Positions 46,079 to 57,631 are shown, counted from the first letter of the stretch. The stretch is DNA of 64,000 bases from Candidatus Dojkabacteria bacterium (GCA_041750555.1 JBGSZB010000011.1:588-64587); one strand, 5' to 3'. Translations and numbers: made by a program. The notes: a model not told the origin generated them from the letters alone.

Positions 46079-47878
46079 ATGTGCGGTCTAGTTGGATTTA
46101 GTGGAGTTAGGGATAGTAAAACACTTAGATCAATGGCAGATCTAATTAAACATAGAGGACCAGATGACGCTGCTTACTTAGAGAATAATAACTTCTCAAT
46201 AGGATTTAGAAGACTTGCAATAATAGACTTAAGTAAAAATATATATCCAATTACAAATGAAGATGAAAGTATAAAAGTATTTTTAAATGGAGAGATATAT
46301 AACTATAAAGAATTAAAGAGTGAATTAATTAAACTGGGACATAGATTTAAAACAGAATCAGATACAGAAACAATAGCTCATGGATATGAAGAATGGGGAG
46401 TAGAAGTTTTTAAAAAACTAAGAGGCATGTTTGGAATAGCAATATATGACTCACGTAAAGATATATTAATATTATCTCGTGATAGATTAGGTATAAAGCC
46501 AATATATTATGCTCAAGTTGATAATAGAATTGTCTTTGGATCTGAAATTAAACCACTAATTAAATTATTTAATATAAATAGAGAAGCCGATGACTTAGAA
46601 GTTGAAAAGTTTTTAAGATATAGGGTACATGATAATAGTGATAATACATTTTTTAAAAATGTTAAAAAGTTACATCAAGGAAGTTACATGATAATAAATC
46701 CTAATGCTAGTTTTAAAATTAAAAGCTATTGGGAACCTAAGTTTAATTCTAAATTTGAATCTACTAAAAGCGATTTAGAATACTCAGAAGAGTTTAAAAA
46801 TATATTTACAGAAGCTATAGATTTACACTTAGTAGGAGATGTTCCTGTAGGAGTAACGCTATCTGGAGGATTAGATTCAAGTGGTATTACATCAATTGCT
46901 ACAAAGTTATACAAAGAGAAACATTCTAATCAACCCTTTTTTGCTTTTTCAGCAATACACCCTGGAGAAAGCATTAATGAAGAGGAATATATTGATGAAG
47001 TTGTAAAATTTACTAATGCAGATTCAATTAAAATTATTCCTAAAGTAAATACTTTTTGGGAAGACTTTGATAATTGGTTAAACTTTCAAGAAGAACCTGT
47101 AATTAGTGGAGCACCATATGCATACTATGTAGTAATGAGAGAAGCTAGAAAAAAAGTTACAGTTTTATTAAGTGGACAAGGTGGAGATGAATTATTAGCC
47201 GGATACATTCCATATTTTCAAACATATATTAAATCTGCTCTTGATAATGGTAAATACTTAGAAATACTTAGAGAAACAATAGCCGGTAGAGATTTATACT
47301 CTAAATATTTCTTTGATAAATTAGTTGGTAATTTAAAATTAAAAAGTAATATTCCAATTCAAAGTATCGTTAAAAAAAATAGTGAATTAAAAATGAATTT
47401 TAAAAACTTTAGAAACTTAAACGAAAGACTATTTGAAGATGTAACATCCCTTACAACACCTTCACTTTTAAGATACGAAGATAAAAATTCAATGGCTAAT
47501 TCATTAGAATCTAGAGTACCATTCTTTGATCATAAAGTTGTTGAATATATATTTAATTTACCAATTGATCAAAAAATTAAACATGGGTGGAATAGATATA
47601 TTTATAGGAATGCTGTTAAAGGTTTAATTCCTGATAAAAATCGTTTAAGAAGATCAAAGGTTGGATTTACTAACCCTGAATGGGAATGGATTGAAAGAAA
47701 AAAGGATAAATTTATAGAGATATTTGAATCAGATAGTTTTAAATCTAGAAAGTATTGGGATGCAAATTTAGCTTTAAGTGAGTTTATTGAATGTTTAAAA
47801 AACAAAAGAGGTGGGGATATTATGTTCTTCTGGAGGTTATTTATAACTGAGATGTGGCTTAGAAAGTTTGTAGATTGA
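46079..47878 (+). CDS. asnB: Asparagine synthetase (glutamine-hydrolysing)
   Basis: Starts MCGLVGF (N-terminal nucleophile Cys2). The PP-loop SGGLDSS is in the synthetase domain. Confidence 0.85.
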   Translation: MCGLVGFSGVRDSKTLRSMADLIKHRGPDDAAYLENNNFSIGFRRLAIIDLSKNIYPITNEDESIKVFLNGEIYNYKELKSELIKLGHRFKTESDTETIAHGYEEWGVEVFKKLRGMFGIAIYDSRKDILILSRDRLGIKPIYYAQVDNRIVFGSEIKPLIKLFNINREADDLEVEKFLRYRVHDNSDNTFFKNVKKLHQGSYMIINPNASFKIKSYWEPKFNSKFESTKSDLEYSEEFKNIFTEAIDLHLVGDVPVGVTLSGGLDSSGITSIATKLYKEKHSNQPFFAFSAIHPGESINEEEYIDEVVKFTNADSIKIIPKVNTFWEDFDNWLNFQEEPVISGAPYAYYVVMREARKKVTVLLSGQGGDELLAGYIPYFQTYIKSALDNGKYLEILRETIAGRDLYSKYFFDKLVGNLKLKSNIPIQSIVKKNSELKMNFKNFRNLNERLFEDVTSLTTPSLLRYEDKNSMANSLESRVPFFDHKVVEYIFNLPIDQKIKHGWNRYIYRNAVKGLIPDKNRLRRSKVGFTNPEWEWIERKKDKFIEIFESDSFKSRKYWDANLALSEFIECLKNKRGGDIMFFWRLFITEMWLRKFVD

Positions 47879-47933
47879 TTAAAATATTAAACTCTGTAAA
47901 ATATTTAAGTAAATTATTAATTATAAATATTAT

Positions 47934-48743
47934 ATGAAAATAGTAGCTACTATAAGTCTAATAGTTTTAACAGTTGCACTTATTGGATTAGGACTTCTTA
48001 GCTTTTTAAATTATACAAGTGTTAATGGATTAAAAAACGATTTAAATAATTACGCACTTAAAGATGAAGGGGTTTCAGATTCACTATTAATTAATACTGA
48101 ATACAACGATACTTACTTTGCTAGTTGTGGTAATAGTATTCTTCACAAAACACAAAGTTTTATTAAAAACTACACAGGAGATGATTTAATAGGGGATGAT
48201 TGGTTTATATCAGCAGATGGTAATGAAATTTTAAATAATCAATTAAAACAATCTTCCCTAGAACCATTTGATGCTAGTTGGACTACTTCAAAAAAATATT
48301 TTGCAGGAGATTTTTCAATAGAGGTAGATTTTAGTAAATTAGATACTCCAGTTAAAACTGATGGTGTTGATACGATATTTTTTGTTAAAGGTATTACTAA
48401 AGATTTAGATTTCTTTAACTTTATCTTAGGTAAAAACTTTAGGGGTATTCATTTATCAATAGGTGGAACTAACAATATTGATTCAGGAGATGCTTTTGTA
48501 TCTAGTGGACCATTGTTTTACTCTAGTTTTGAAGATTTAAAGATAAAAATGACTAGAATCTATTCAACTATTACTGTATTTGTTGATGATGGAACAGGCT
48601 TTAGAGAAGTTCTTAAAAAAACTGAAACTACAACTGATCCTGTATCATTAGGTATTGGTAATCAAAACTTTAGTGTAGAAGACTTCAATGTAACTAGCTA
48701 TGTAAATGGTGTAAAGATTATTGGGTGTGAGAAATTAGATTAA
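47934..48743 (+). CDS. Hypothetical membrane-anchored/secreted protein
   Basis: 269 aa with an N-terminal TM or signal; no motif recognised. Confidence 0.35.
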   Translation: MKIVATISLIVLTVALIGLGLLSFLNYTSVNGLKNDLNNYALKDEGVSDSLLINTEYNDTYFASCGNSILHKTQSFIKNYTGDDLIGDDWFISADGNEILNNQLKQSSLEPFDASWTTSKKYFAGDFSIEVDFSKLDTPVKTDGVDTIFFVKGITKDLDFFNFILGKNFRGIHLSIGGTNNIDSGDAFVSSGPLFYSSFEDLKIKMTRIYSTITVFVDDGTGFREVLKKTETTTDPVSLGIGNQNFSVEDFNVTSYVNGVKIIGCEKLD

Positions 48744-48767
48744 GAATTAATTACTTATTCTAAATAA

Positions 48768-50009
48768 TTAAACAATATCTTTTAATTCAACTATCTTAAA
48801 TTCTTTAGAATCTCTTCTTTTTAATTCAATACCACCCTTTTCAATTGATCTAACACTTACAACTAACCTTATTGGTAGTCCTATTAAATCACTATCATTT
48901 AATTTTTCTCCAATTGAAACATCTACTCTATCATCAAATAGAACTTCAATATTGTTATCACTTAAATATTTATATACCTCTTCAGCTTTAGCTGTAACAT
49001 TACTATCTTCAGGATTTAAATTTATTAAATGATATTTATATGGAGCTACACTTTCAGGCCAAATAATACCTTTATCATCTGAAAACTTTTCTACAATTAC
49101 ACCCATAACTCTAGTAATCCCTATTCCATATGATCCAAGAATTACTGGTTTAGAATTACCTTCATTATCAGTAAAGTATAAATCTAACTGTTCAGATTTA
49201 GTTGACCCAAAACTAAATATATTACCGACTTCTGCAGTTTTAACCTTTTCTAGTGTATCTCTATTTAATCCTAATTGATTAACTACTTCAGTAGTATATA
49301 CTTCTTCATTAATTGCAATTTGTTTCTCTCTATCTAAATAAACAATATCCTCTCCTGCATCTGTTATTGTTTGAAATTCATGACTAAATTGTGTAAATGC
49401 TCCACCTGATGCAAATGTAAAGAATGTATCATCTCCTAATCCTAATCTTTTAAAAGAATTTAAATATGCATCTTTAGTTTTGTTATAGAATTCTTCATGA
49501 GCTTCGTTACTCAAACTAAAAGAATACATATCATTCATTACAAACTCTCTACCTCTCATTATTCCACTTTTAGCTCTTAATTCATTTCTTAACTTAGTTT
49601 GGAATTGATAAACATATACAGGTAGATCTTTATAGCTTTTAATAAATGATCTCATCATGTCAGTTATTGGTTCTTCATGACTCCATCCAAAACCTACCTC
49701 TGTATCATTCTTTAATTTTGATTTAAACCATACATCTACATTTTCATCATTCCATCTATCTGTTTTCTCCCAAAGCTCTTTTCTTTGAAGAGATGTCATT
49801 ATAAATTCAAGACCACCAACTTTATTCATCTCTTCTCTTACAATTTGTTTAATTTTTTCAATTACTCTTAATCCTAATGGTAAATATGCATATACTCCTG
49901 CCATCTCTTTATTTACAAACCCTGCTTTAATTAACAATTGTGCATTCTTTGAAACCTCATCTGATGGAATATCTTTTCTAGTTTTTGAAAATAGTTTTGA
50001 ATATCTCAT
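48768..50009 (-). CDS. proS: Prolyl-tRNA synthetase (compact form without the insertion editing domain)
   Basis: N-terminus MRYSKLFSKTRKDIPSDEVSKNAQLLIKAGFV...GVYAYLPLGLRV is typical of ProRS. Class II motifs are present. 413 aa. Confidence 0.8.
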   Translation of the reverse strand: MRYSKLFSKTRKDIPSDEVSKNAQLLIKAGFVNKEMAGVYAYLPLGLRVIEKIKQIVREEMNKVGGLEFIMTSLQRKELWEKTDRWNDENVDVWFKSKLKNDTEVGFGWSHEEPITDMMRSFIKSYKDLPVYVYQFQTKLRNELRAKSGIMRGREFVMNDMYSFSLSNEAHEEFYNKTKDAYLNSFKRLGLGDDTFFTFASGGAFTQFSHEFQTITDAGEDIVYLDREKQIAINEEVYTTEVVNQLGLNRDTLEKVKTAEVGNIFSFGSTKSEQLDLYFTDNEGNSKPVILGSYGIGITRVMGVIVEKFSDDKGIIWPESVAPYKYHLINLNPEDSNVTAKAEEVYKYLSDNNIEVLFDDRVDVSIGEKLNDSDLIGLPIRLVVSVRSIEKGGIELKRRDSKEFKIVELKDIV

Positions 50010-50066
50010 AAATTTATTTATTAATGTCTTGATTTTATAATGATTTAATAAATATATCTAGGAGAA

Positions 50067-51149
50067 TTATGCTTCTCTTCCCCTAGCATCACCATTGCGT
50101 GTTTTAAAGAAAGCTTGGAGAAATGGATCATCTGTCAATAAAGGATTTCCTATAGCAGAATATTCTCCTAAGTAATAAGTATCATCACCATAAGTATATA
50201 GAAAATAAAATGTATATAATCCATCTGAATTAATTCTATATCTTATGGTAAAACTATCTTTGCTGTCTCTTATATAATTTTCCAAAAGATAGCGACTTAG
50301 ATTAGGGAATTGATAAGCTGTTAAATCCATCATCCTTACTAAGAACTCTCTATATGTATCTTCATATCCTGGATTAGTTTCAATCTCGCCAGAATCATTG
50401 ACTAGAGCCCTAAAATCCTCAGCTTTTAAAATTCTACCCCTTGGATTATTAGTGTTGTATCTTTTTAAATAATACTGTGGATAAGACATCTGATCATAAA
50501 AAAACTTTACTTGGAGAATAACATTTAGTCCCTGATATTCATTAAACTCAGGTTGTTCAATTGTATAGTTAATCATAGTTCTCCTTTCTAGAAAGAAATA
50601 TACATTAATGTTATCGTTATTAAAGACTAACTGCATAAATTCTGTATATACATTCTTAACCTTGTCATAGATATAAAAACTTAATTTATGATTCATAATT
50701 CCCATTGATTCTGATACAAAATCAATAATTTTTACTTCACAATTCTCATTAAGGTGATCTCCCAATATTTCAATTATTTGGGGGTTACTTTTACTAATTA
50801 GATTTAAAAATCCCTGTGTATTCATTTGATCAAGGAATCTTGAGTTTAATGCCGTTCTCATAACTTCCTCTGTGATTCCAGATTGGACAACATTATCTAA
50901 CGGAGAACTAATTAGATTGCCTTCAGAGAAGTTAAGAATTGGGGTTGGAGTGGGGTTAAATACAGCATAAAACAAGCTTATTTCATTGTTAGTCAAAGGA
51001 TTATCAAAATCAATACCGCAGTTGCTTGGCTCAGATTGGTTAGTCTTTGCAACGTTATATAAACTACCACCTGCATTAGTAGTAATTCCAGAACCTCCAA
51101 TTAAACTGGCTACCATAACTCCTCTTGTTAATGCCTTTTTAAAGCCCAT
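50067..51149 (-). CDS. Hypothetical secreted protein
   Basis: 360 aa with an N-terminal signal-like segment; no motif recognised. Confidence 0.35.
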   Translation of the reverse strand: MGFKKALTRGVMVASLIGGSGITTNAGGSLYNVAKTNQSEPSNCGIDFDNPLTNNEISLFYAVFNPTPTPILNFSEGNLISSPLDNVVQSGITEEVMRTALNSRFLDQMNTQGFLNLISKSNPQIIEILGDHLNENCEVKIIDFVSESMGIMNHKLSFYIYDKVKNVYTEFMQLVFNNDNINVYFFLERRTMINYTIEQPEFNEYQGLNVILQVKFFYDQMSYPQYYLKRYNTNNPRGRILKAEDFRALVNDSGEIETNPGYEDTYREFLVRMMDLTAYQFPNLSRYLLENYIRDSKDSFTIRYRINSDGLYTFYFLYTYGDDTYYLGEYSAIGNPLLTDDPFLQAFFKTRNGDARGREA

Positions 51150-51254
51150 CTGTCACTAAAGATAACTAACAGATTATATCATTGATATATATAATCTCAC
51201 TATCTTTTAAACTTGTAGTAAAATGAACTTTGCAACTAACTATTAATTATATTT

Positions 51255-52517
51255 ATGAAGAATTTAACTTACTTTATAGTTGGAGGACATGGAGGACAAG
51301 CTTTTGTTAATTTATGGCTTAACGATAAATTTAATCATAACTTAGTATTTAATGTTGTAGATTGGGGAGGACATAGTGGGTTAATGGGAAGAATACTACT
51401 AGATGAGCATTTTAACTACTTACCTATTGGAGATTTAAGAAACAATTTAGCTATTATCTCAAGACTTAGATTCAATTCTAATGGTATTAATTTAGAGAAT
51501 TTATTACAAGAACAGGTTTCAAATTTAGATGAAATTGATTTAAAAATAAATGAGATATTTGCTCTACTTTCAGAGATAAATGATGAAAAAATAAATTTAG
51601 ATATCTCTAAAATATATAAGTTTACTGATATATATAGAAAAAGATATAAAAGAGCTGATAACAGAATTAAATATAAATTTGATGAAGGGAAAAGGGTAAA
51701 ACTAAAGCATAAGATCGGTAATATCTTTTTAACAGCTATAGCTTACTCAATAGATAGCGATAATGGGTTTAAACTACTTAACGATAAGCTACAAGAATTA
51801 AATTTATTACCAAATAATATAAATATTAGTTTTATTGAAGATAAAAGATATATCCAAAAAGTTGTTAAAACCAGATTTGGACAATTAGAAACATTAGCTG
51901 ATGGAGAAGACATGATAGATGAATTACAAATCCCTATAGATCTAGAAAGCTTTAGTATAATTGACCCACTAACTAATTTACCAATTGTTAGTAAAAACTC
52001 TGATATTGTTAAATTAATAGAAAATAGTGATTTAATATTAATACCCCCTGGAAGTGAATCTAACTCGTATCCATGGATATTCTTTTACGCTAGTGAGTTA
52101 AAAACTAAAGAGATAATTAGAATATCAAATATATGGGTAGAATCTAAATCATATGGAGTTGGACATGAAATAGCCTTACTTGATAAATACAAAATATATC
52201 CTAAATTCTTTATAGCTAAAATTGATGAAAAAGATAAAAAGAAATATTTAAAAGCTTTAGGAAGGTATGGATTAGAGAATAAAAAATTACAAAGTAGTAA
52301 TATAGAAGATATTAAAAATCAAATAACATTCTTTAATCCTAATTGTGATATTAATAAACTAGAGAACAATTTAAAGATAAATATGGATGTCTTATACTTT
52401 AATGGTCAATCAATTAAAAATAGATTACCTAGAGATGTAAGTGTTTTAGAACAAGGATTTAGACATGATAGAGAGCAAATTAATAATGTAATATCTACCC
52501 TTTATTCAAATAACTAA
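51255..52517 (+). CDS. CofD/YvcK (UPF0052) family protein
   Basis: ...YFIVGGHGGQAFVNL...FNVVDWGGHSGLMGRILLDEHFNYLPIGDLRNNLAII... parallels the YvcK/CofD N-terminal motifs (GGGTG...DDGGSSG.LR...PGD.RN.L). Confidence 0.5.
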   Translation: MKNLTYFIVGGHGGQAFVNLWLNDKFNHNLVFNVVDWGGHSGLMGRILLDEHFNYLPIGDLRNNLAIISRLRFNSNGINLENLLQEQVSNLDEIDLKINEIFALLSEINDEKINLDISKIYKFTDIYRKRYKRADNRIKYKFDEGKRVKLKHKIGNIFLTAIAYSIDSDNGFKLLNDKLQELNLLPNNINISFIEDKRYIQKVVKTRFGQLETLADGEDMIDELQIPIDLESFSIIDPLTNLPIVSKNSDIVKLIENSDLILIPPGSESNSYPWIFFYASELKTKEIIRISNIWVESKSYGVGHEIALLDKYKIYPKFFIAKIDEKDKKKYLKALGRYGLENKKLQSSNIEDIKNQITFFNPNCDINKLENNLKINMDVLYFNGQSIKNRLPRDVSVLEQGFRHDREQINNVISTLYSNN

Positions 52518-52521
52518 ACAT

Positions 52522-53502
52522 ATGGTAGATATTAGTAAAAAAATTAAAAGAGATAACTATACAAAAGATCATTCTGAGGGACTTTTTCATGAAATAGCAA
52601 TTACAGTTATAGGAATATTAATAGATTTAACACCTATAATTCTTATATCATTCTCTATCTCACTTTTAAGTTTAAATATTATTACACTTAATACTTTTGT
52701 AATTTTAATAATCCCTTTAATACTTTTAACCCTCTACTTTGTTTACTTAATCTTTATTAAATTCTATAAATTTAAAATTAATGAATTTAAGCTAAAAGAT
52801 AAAAGAATTAATGAGAATACAACTATAGTATTTATTTCAGACTTACATACAGGAAATGGTTTTTATGAAACTAATAAATTTAGATTAAAAAGAATTATCA
52901 ATATATTAAATACACTAAATTACGATCTTTTAATAATTGGAGGAGATATTTTTAATTTTAAACCCGATATTAACTTAATAACACAATTAAAAGATATTAA
53001 GGGTAGTAAACTCACTGTATTAGGTAATCATGATCATAAATTTAAATTTCATAATATAAAATTAAATGGATTTAAAAGTGTTGATAAATTAATTAATGAA
53101 GTTATTCCTGTATTACATAACGAAGGTAAATATTTAAATAATATACATATAATAGGTATTGATGATATGTGGGAGAGGGATTTTAATATAAAAGAAATTA
53201 ATAAAAAATTAATTGAGAAAGACTTTAATATTTTAATTTCACATAACCCAGATATTATTGACCATATACAGTTAGAGAGTCCAATTGATTTAATATTATC
53301 AGGGCATTTACATTCAGGACAGATTAATATTAATAAATTAAGCCTACCAATGCCTACACGTTATCAATGGTTAAGAAGAGGGTTATACAAGGTTGGTAAT
53401 AGAACTAAGTTACTACTAAGTCAGGGTATTGGTGTTAGTAGAAGTAGATTAAGAATCAATACAGATAATGAAATTTGTGTTATTAGGTTAATTAAAGGTT
53501 AA
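52522..53502 (+). CDS. Membrane-anchored metallophosphoesterase (calcineurin-like)
   Basis: N-terminal TM helices, then IVFISDLHTGNG, IIGGDIF, GNHDH and GHLHSG motifs. Confidence 0.7.
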   Translation: MVDISKKIKRDNYTKDHSEGLFHEIAITVIGILIDLTPIILISFSISLLSLNIITLNTFVILIIPLILLTLYFVYLIFIKFYKFKINEFKLKDKRINENTTIVFISDLHTGNGFYETNKFRLKRIINILNTLNYDLLIIGGDIFNFKPDINLITQLKDIKGSKLTVLGNHDHKFKFHNIKLNGFKSVDKLINEVIPVLHNEGKYLNNIHIIGIDDMWERDFNIKEINKKLIEKDFNILISHNPDIIDHIQLESPIDLILSGHLHSGQININKLSLPMPTRYQWLRRGLYKVGNRTKLLLSQGIGVSRSRLRINTDNEICVIRLIKG

Positions 53503-53858
53503 GATTCTTCTTGAAAATTTTGTATACTCAAGCCTAAAAGCTTATGACCTACTATGTGTGTAGTTACTTCCTCACCATTTTCATTTATATGATTTACTAT
53601 AAATCCACTTTGAATAGGCTTAATTGATCTTACATTATTTATCTCTCCTGTCTTAGCAATATTAAAATAATATGATAAAGAAATGGTATCTTCAAAAACT
53701 ACCTCTTGATTAATCTCCCATCCATTTTTATTGCAAATACCTATTACATTATTAGTTACAGTTGTATCATAATCTTCGGTATCAATTTCAATGATATCTC
53801 CTCCTGATGTAATGTTAGATATTTCTAACTTAAGATCTGCTAATCTATTATTGCTCAT
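53499..53858 (-). CDS. Hypothetical protein
   Basis: 119-aa ORF; no motif recognised. Confidence 0.3.
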   Translation of the reverse strand: MSNNRLADLKLEISNITSGGDIIEIDTEDYDTTVTNNVIGICNKNGWEINQEVVFEDTISLSYYFNIAKTGEINNVRSIKPIQSGFIVNHINENGEEVTTHIVGHKLLGLSIQNFQEES

Positions 53859-53911
53859 AAAGAATATTTAATTATTTGATTATACCCCCATAACCCTAAT
53901 TACGTATATTA

Positions 53912-55048
53912 ATGTTAAAATCCAGTATGAAGAAGATATTAAATTTACAAAACCCTGTAATTGGATTATCCCCTATGGATGGAGTAAGTGATTTTAGTTT
54001 TAGAGAGATAACTAAAAAATATGGTAATCCAGATATTATCTACACAGAATTTGTAAATGTAATGGGGTTATGTATAGCAGGATTTAACACATTAAAAGAA
54101 TTAGACTTTAGTGAAAATCAAAGACCAATAATTGCACAAATATATGGTAATAACCCTGAATACTTTTATCACGCAGCTAAAGTAATAGTTGCATTAGGAT
54201 TTGATGGAGTAGATATAAATATGGGGTGTCCTGCAAAAACTGTAACACAAAGTGGAAGTGGAGCTGCATTAATTAAAAACCCAACACTCGCTATTGAAAT
54301 AATAGATGCTGTAAAAAAGGGAGTAAGAGACTTTGTTGATAATGGAGAATTAAGTGGATTAAGTAGTAAAACATTAAAAGCAGTAAATTTAAAAATTAAA
54401 AGCAATTTTAAACAACTTGAGAAATTAAAAATTAGTGATACTAAGTTAAGTAGTGGACAATTAAATATCTATGCAGGAGAAGATGGTTCTAAATTTCAAA
54501 GAGTTTTAATACCTGTGTCTGTAAAAACTAGAATTGGATATGATAAGCCTGTAACTGAAGATTGGATATCAACACTTGATAGTGCTAATCCAGATTGGAT
54601 AGCAGTACATGGTAGAACATTAAAACAGATGTATAGTGGGACTTCTGATAGAAATGAATTAATTAAAGCAGTTAATTCAACATCAAAAGCTGTATTAATT
54701 AATGGTGATATTAAAAACTATACTGACGCATTAAATGTTATTAAAGAAACTAACGCTTATGGAGTTTTAATTGGAAGAGCGTCCCTAGGTAATCCATGGA
54801 TATTTAATAGGGAATACAATGAGGATTTAGTTACATTTGAAGAGAGAGTAAAAGTTATGATTGAACACACTAAACTATTTGTTAAACATAACCCAGATGA
54901 AAGAGCTTTCTTTCAAATGAGAAAACACTTTGGTTGGTATATGAAAGGATTTGATGGTGCTAAAGAATTAAGAGAAAAACTATTTAGATGTAGTAGTTTA
55001 GAAGAGGTTAAAACCATTGTTAATGATTTTAAAAATATTGATATTTAA
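53912..55048 (+). CDS. dus: tRNA-dihydrouridine synthase
   Basis: N-terminus ...NPVIGLSPMDGVSDFSFREI... with a TIM-barrel Dus signature; the catalytic Cys region is present (NMGCPAK). Confidence 0.8.
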   Translation: MLKSSMKKILNLQNPVIGLSPMDGVSDFSFREITKKYGNPDIIYTEFVNVMGLCIAGFNTLKELDFSENQRPIIAQIYGNNPEYFYHAAKVIVALGFDGVDINMGCPAKTVTQSGSGAALIKNPTLAIEIIDAVKKGVRDFVDNGELSGLSSKTLKAVNLKIKSNFKQLEKLKISDTKLSSGQLNIYAGEDGSKFQRVLIPVSVKTRIGYDKPVTEDWISTLDSANPDWIAVHGRTLKQMYSGTSDRNELIKAVNSTSKAVLINGDIKNYTDALNVIKETNAYGVLIGRASLGNPWIFNREYNEDLVTFEERVKVMIEHTKLFVKHNPDERAFFQMRKHFGWYMKGFDGAKELREKLFRCSSLEEVKTIVNDFKNIDI

Positions 55049-56400
55049 CCAACACTACCCTTCATACTCATTTTAATTAAATCATTCATTTCCATTGCAT
55101 ATTCTAGAGGTAATTCTTTAGTAATTGGTTCAATAAAGCCTGAAACTATTAACCCATTAGCTTCTTCCTCATTTAAACCTCTAGATAATAGATAGTGTAA
55201 TTGTTTTTGTGATACTCTACTCACTGAAGCTTCATGTTCAATTTTAGAAAATTTTTCATAAACTTCATTGTATGGATAAGTATCTGTTTGAGAAATATTA
55301 TCTAATATTAGTGCATCACAAGAGATTTTAGCTCTAGCATATTTAGCATTCTTTGTAACTTTAACTAATCCCCTGTAACTCGTTCTACCACCATTTTTAC
55401 ATATAGATTTTGTTTTAATAATGCCACTAGTATTTTTCCCTATATGTATTAATTTCCCACCACTATCTAAATGTTGATTTTTATCAGCTAACGACATAGA
55501 TAATATTTCTCCTTTTGAATTATTACCCACTAATACAACACTTGGATACTTCATTGTAGATTTAGATCCAATATTACAATCAATCCATTCTATCTTTGCA
55601 TTATCGTAAGCTAAACCTCTTTGTGTTACCAAGTTATATACATTTCTACTCCAATTTTGAACTGTAGTATATCTAATACTACTGTTTTTTAATGCAATTA
55701 ACTCTATTACTCCAGAATGAAGTATACTTTTAGAATATATTGGAGAACTACACCCTTCAATGTAACTAACACTGCTTCCCTCTTCAGTAATAATTAATGT
55801 TCTTTCAAATTGTCCTAAAGCTTTAGTTTTAATATAGAAGTATGCTTGTAATGGAATATCTAATTTAACGTTTTTAGGTATATATACAAAACTTCCTCCA
55901 CTCCAAAATGCTGTATTTAATGCAGCATATTTATTATCACTAAAGGGTATACTTTTACCAAAATATTTTTTAAATATTTCAGGATAAAGTTTTAATCCAC
56001 TATCAGTATCAGTAAAAATTACACCTCTACTCTCCCATTTTTCTTTAATTTTTCCATATACAACATTTGAATCAAATTGAGTTTCTACACCTGCTAAAAA
56101 CTTTCTTTCAGCTTCAGGTATTTTTAATTCTTCAAATGTCTTTTTAATATCATCTGGTACTTCATCCCAATTATTCTTTTTTAAATCTTCTGGTAATACA
56201 AAGTACTCTATTTCATTTTCATTTAATCCTGATAAATCCACTCCCCAGTTAGGGACACTTCGAGAGAAGTAGTGATCTAATGCTTTTAAACGTAAATCCA
56301 ACATCCATTCAGGTTCTTCTTTGTATACCGATATGGCAGTAACAGTTTCTATATTTAATTTAGGGTTTTTTAATATCCTTATGGCTTCAGTTTTAGTCAT
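55045..56400 (-). CDS. sufB: Fe-S cluster assembly protein SufB
   Basis: ...ISVYKEEPEWMLDLRLKALDHYF... and the C-terminal beta-helix region are typical of SufB. 451 aa. No sufC or sufS is adjacent. Confidence 0.75.
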   Translation of the reverse strand: MTKTEAIRILKNPKLNIETVTAISVYKEEPEWMLDLRLKALDHYFSRSVPNWGVDLSGLNENEIEYFVLPEDLKKNNWDEVPDDIKKTFEELKIPEAERKFLAGVETQFDSNVVYGKIKEKWESRGVIFTDTDSGLKLYPEIFKKYFGKSIPFSDNKYAALNTAFWSGGSFVYIPKNVKLDIPLQAYFYIKTKALGQFERTLIITEEGSSVSYIEGCSSPIYSKSILHSGVIELIALKNSSIRYTTVQNWSRNVYNLVTQRGLAYDNAKIEWIDCNIGSKSTMKYPSVVLVGNNSKGEILSMSLADKNQHLDSGGKLIHIGKNTSGIIKTKSICKNGGRTSYRGLVKVTKNAKYARAKISCDALILDNISQTDTYPYNEVYEKFSKIEHEASVSRVSQKQLHYLLSRGLNEEEANGLIVSGFIEPITKELPLEYAMEMNDLIKMSMKGSVG

Positions 56401-56593
56401 AAGGTAATTTTAACATCTTCGTCAGCAGATACTTAACTCTCAACAAAAGTATACATACTGTATAGACTATATAAGTACAAAGGAAAAAACTCTAAAAAGA
56501 AAAAGCTAGGATAATCTTATAACACTTAGTTACAAGGTACCTAGCTATCGTGATTAAAATAATTATACCATATCTTTTTTATTGATTAGTAAT

Positions 56594-57631
56594 TTAATCA
56601 AAATCACTTGGTAATTCTGTAGTAAATGTTTTAATGGAATTATCTAAAAGTTTTAATTTAATAGATTTAGCATGTAACATCATTCTTTTAAAAGTAGATT
56701 CAGAATAAATAATGTCCCCTAATATTGGGAATCCAGATTCTGATAAATGAACTCTAATTTGATGAGTTCTACCAGTTTTAGGTTCAACCCTTAAAAGAGA
56801 GAACTTAGTATTTTTATATATTCTATTTAACCTTTCGTATTCCCAATATCTAACAAAAGAAACATTAGTAATAGAGATATCTCCCTTTTGATCATTAGTA
56901 CTTACATATTTTCTTTTTAATGAATCTCCCATTCTTTTAATATATGAAATTATTTCAATAGAATCTTTATGCTTTTTATTTAAATACTCCTTAAAGTCTC
57001 CAATAACTACTGCATAGTATATTTTACTAATTTCTCTTTTAACAAATTGACTACTTAATGCTTCATGAGCTTTTAAATTTTTAGAAAATACTATTACTCC
57101 TGAAGTTTCTTTATCTAATCTATGTACTGCTCTAATTTTTACATTCTCTCGTTTTTTAGAGAAGTAATATGCTAATCCATTAATTAATGTATCATCCATA
57201 TGTTTATACACAGGATGAACAACTACTCCAGCCTTTTTATCAATAACTATTATGTCATTATCCTCATATATTATTCTTAGAGGTAACTTAGTTGCTTTAA
57301 TAGTTTTTAAATCTAAGTCATCTATATCGAAGTTAGTATTAGGAAAAGCTTTAAAATTATTCTTAACATCTTTATTACTAGCAAGTTTAGATCTATTACT
57401 GTCATTATTGGAATTAAGAGTAGATGTATTAGCATTATCTTGCTTTAACAGTATTTCAATAACATCTCCATTTCTAACCCTATAGTTAGATAACTTAATT
57501 TCATTATTTACTAAAACTCTTTGGTTAATTACAATCTTTTTAGCACTTGATCTGGTTAATGTGGGATTAATTGTAAGGATGTATAAATCTAATCTTGTAG
57601 GTATTTCTAAATTTTCAACTTTGTATTTCAT
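56594..57631 (-). CDS. rluD: 23S rRNA pseudouridine synthase, RluA family (RluD-like) with N-terminal S4 domain
   Basis: S4-like N-terminus, the catalytic motif HRLDKETSGVIVFSKN, and a low-complexity Asn/Ser insert. Confidence 0.8.
   Translation of the reverse strand: MKYKVENLEIPTRLDLYILTINPTLTRSSAKKIVINQRVLVNNEIKLSNYRVRNGDVIEILLKQDNANTSTLNSNNDSNRSKLASNKDVKNNFKAFPNTNFDIDDLDLKTIKATKLPLRIIYEDNDIIVIDKKAGVVVHPVYKHMDDTLINGLAYYFSKKRENVKIRAVHRLDKETSGVIVFSKNLKAHEALSSQFVKREISKIYYAVVIGDFKEYLNKKHKDSIEIISYIKRMGDSLKRKYVSTNDQKGDISITNVSFVRYWEYERLNRIYKNTKFSLLRVEPKTGRTHQIRVHLSESGFPILGDIIYSESTFKRMMLHAKSIKLKLLDNSIKTFTTELPSDFD

Noticed and set aside
56401-56593. Possible small ncRNA in the 193-nt gap between sufB and the rluD-like gene.
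   Set aside because: There is no conserved structural motif or strong hairpin/terminator pair. The gap is most simply the sufB promoter and leader.
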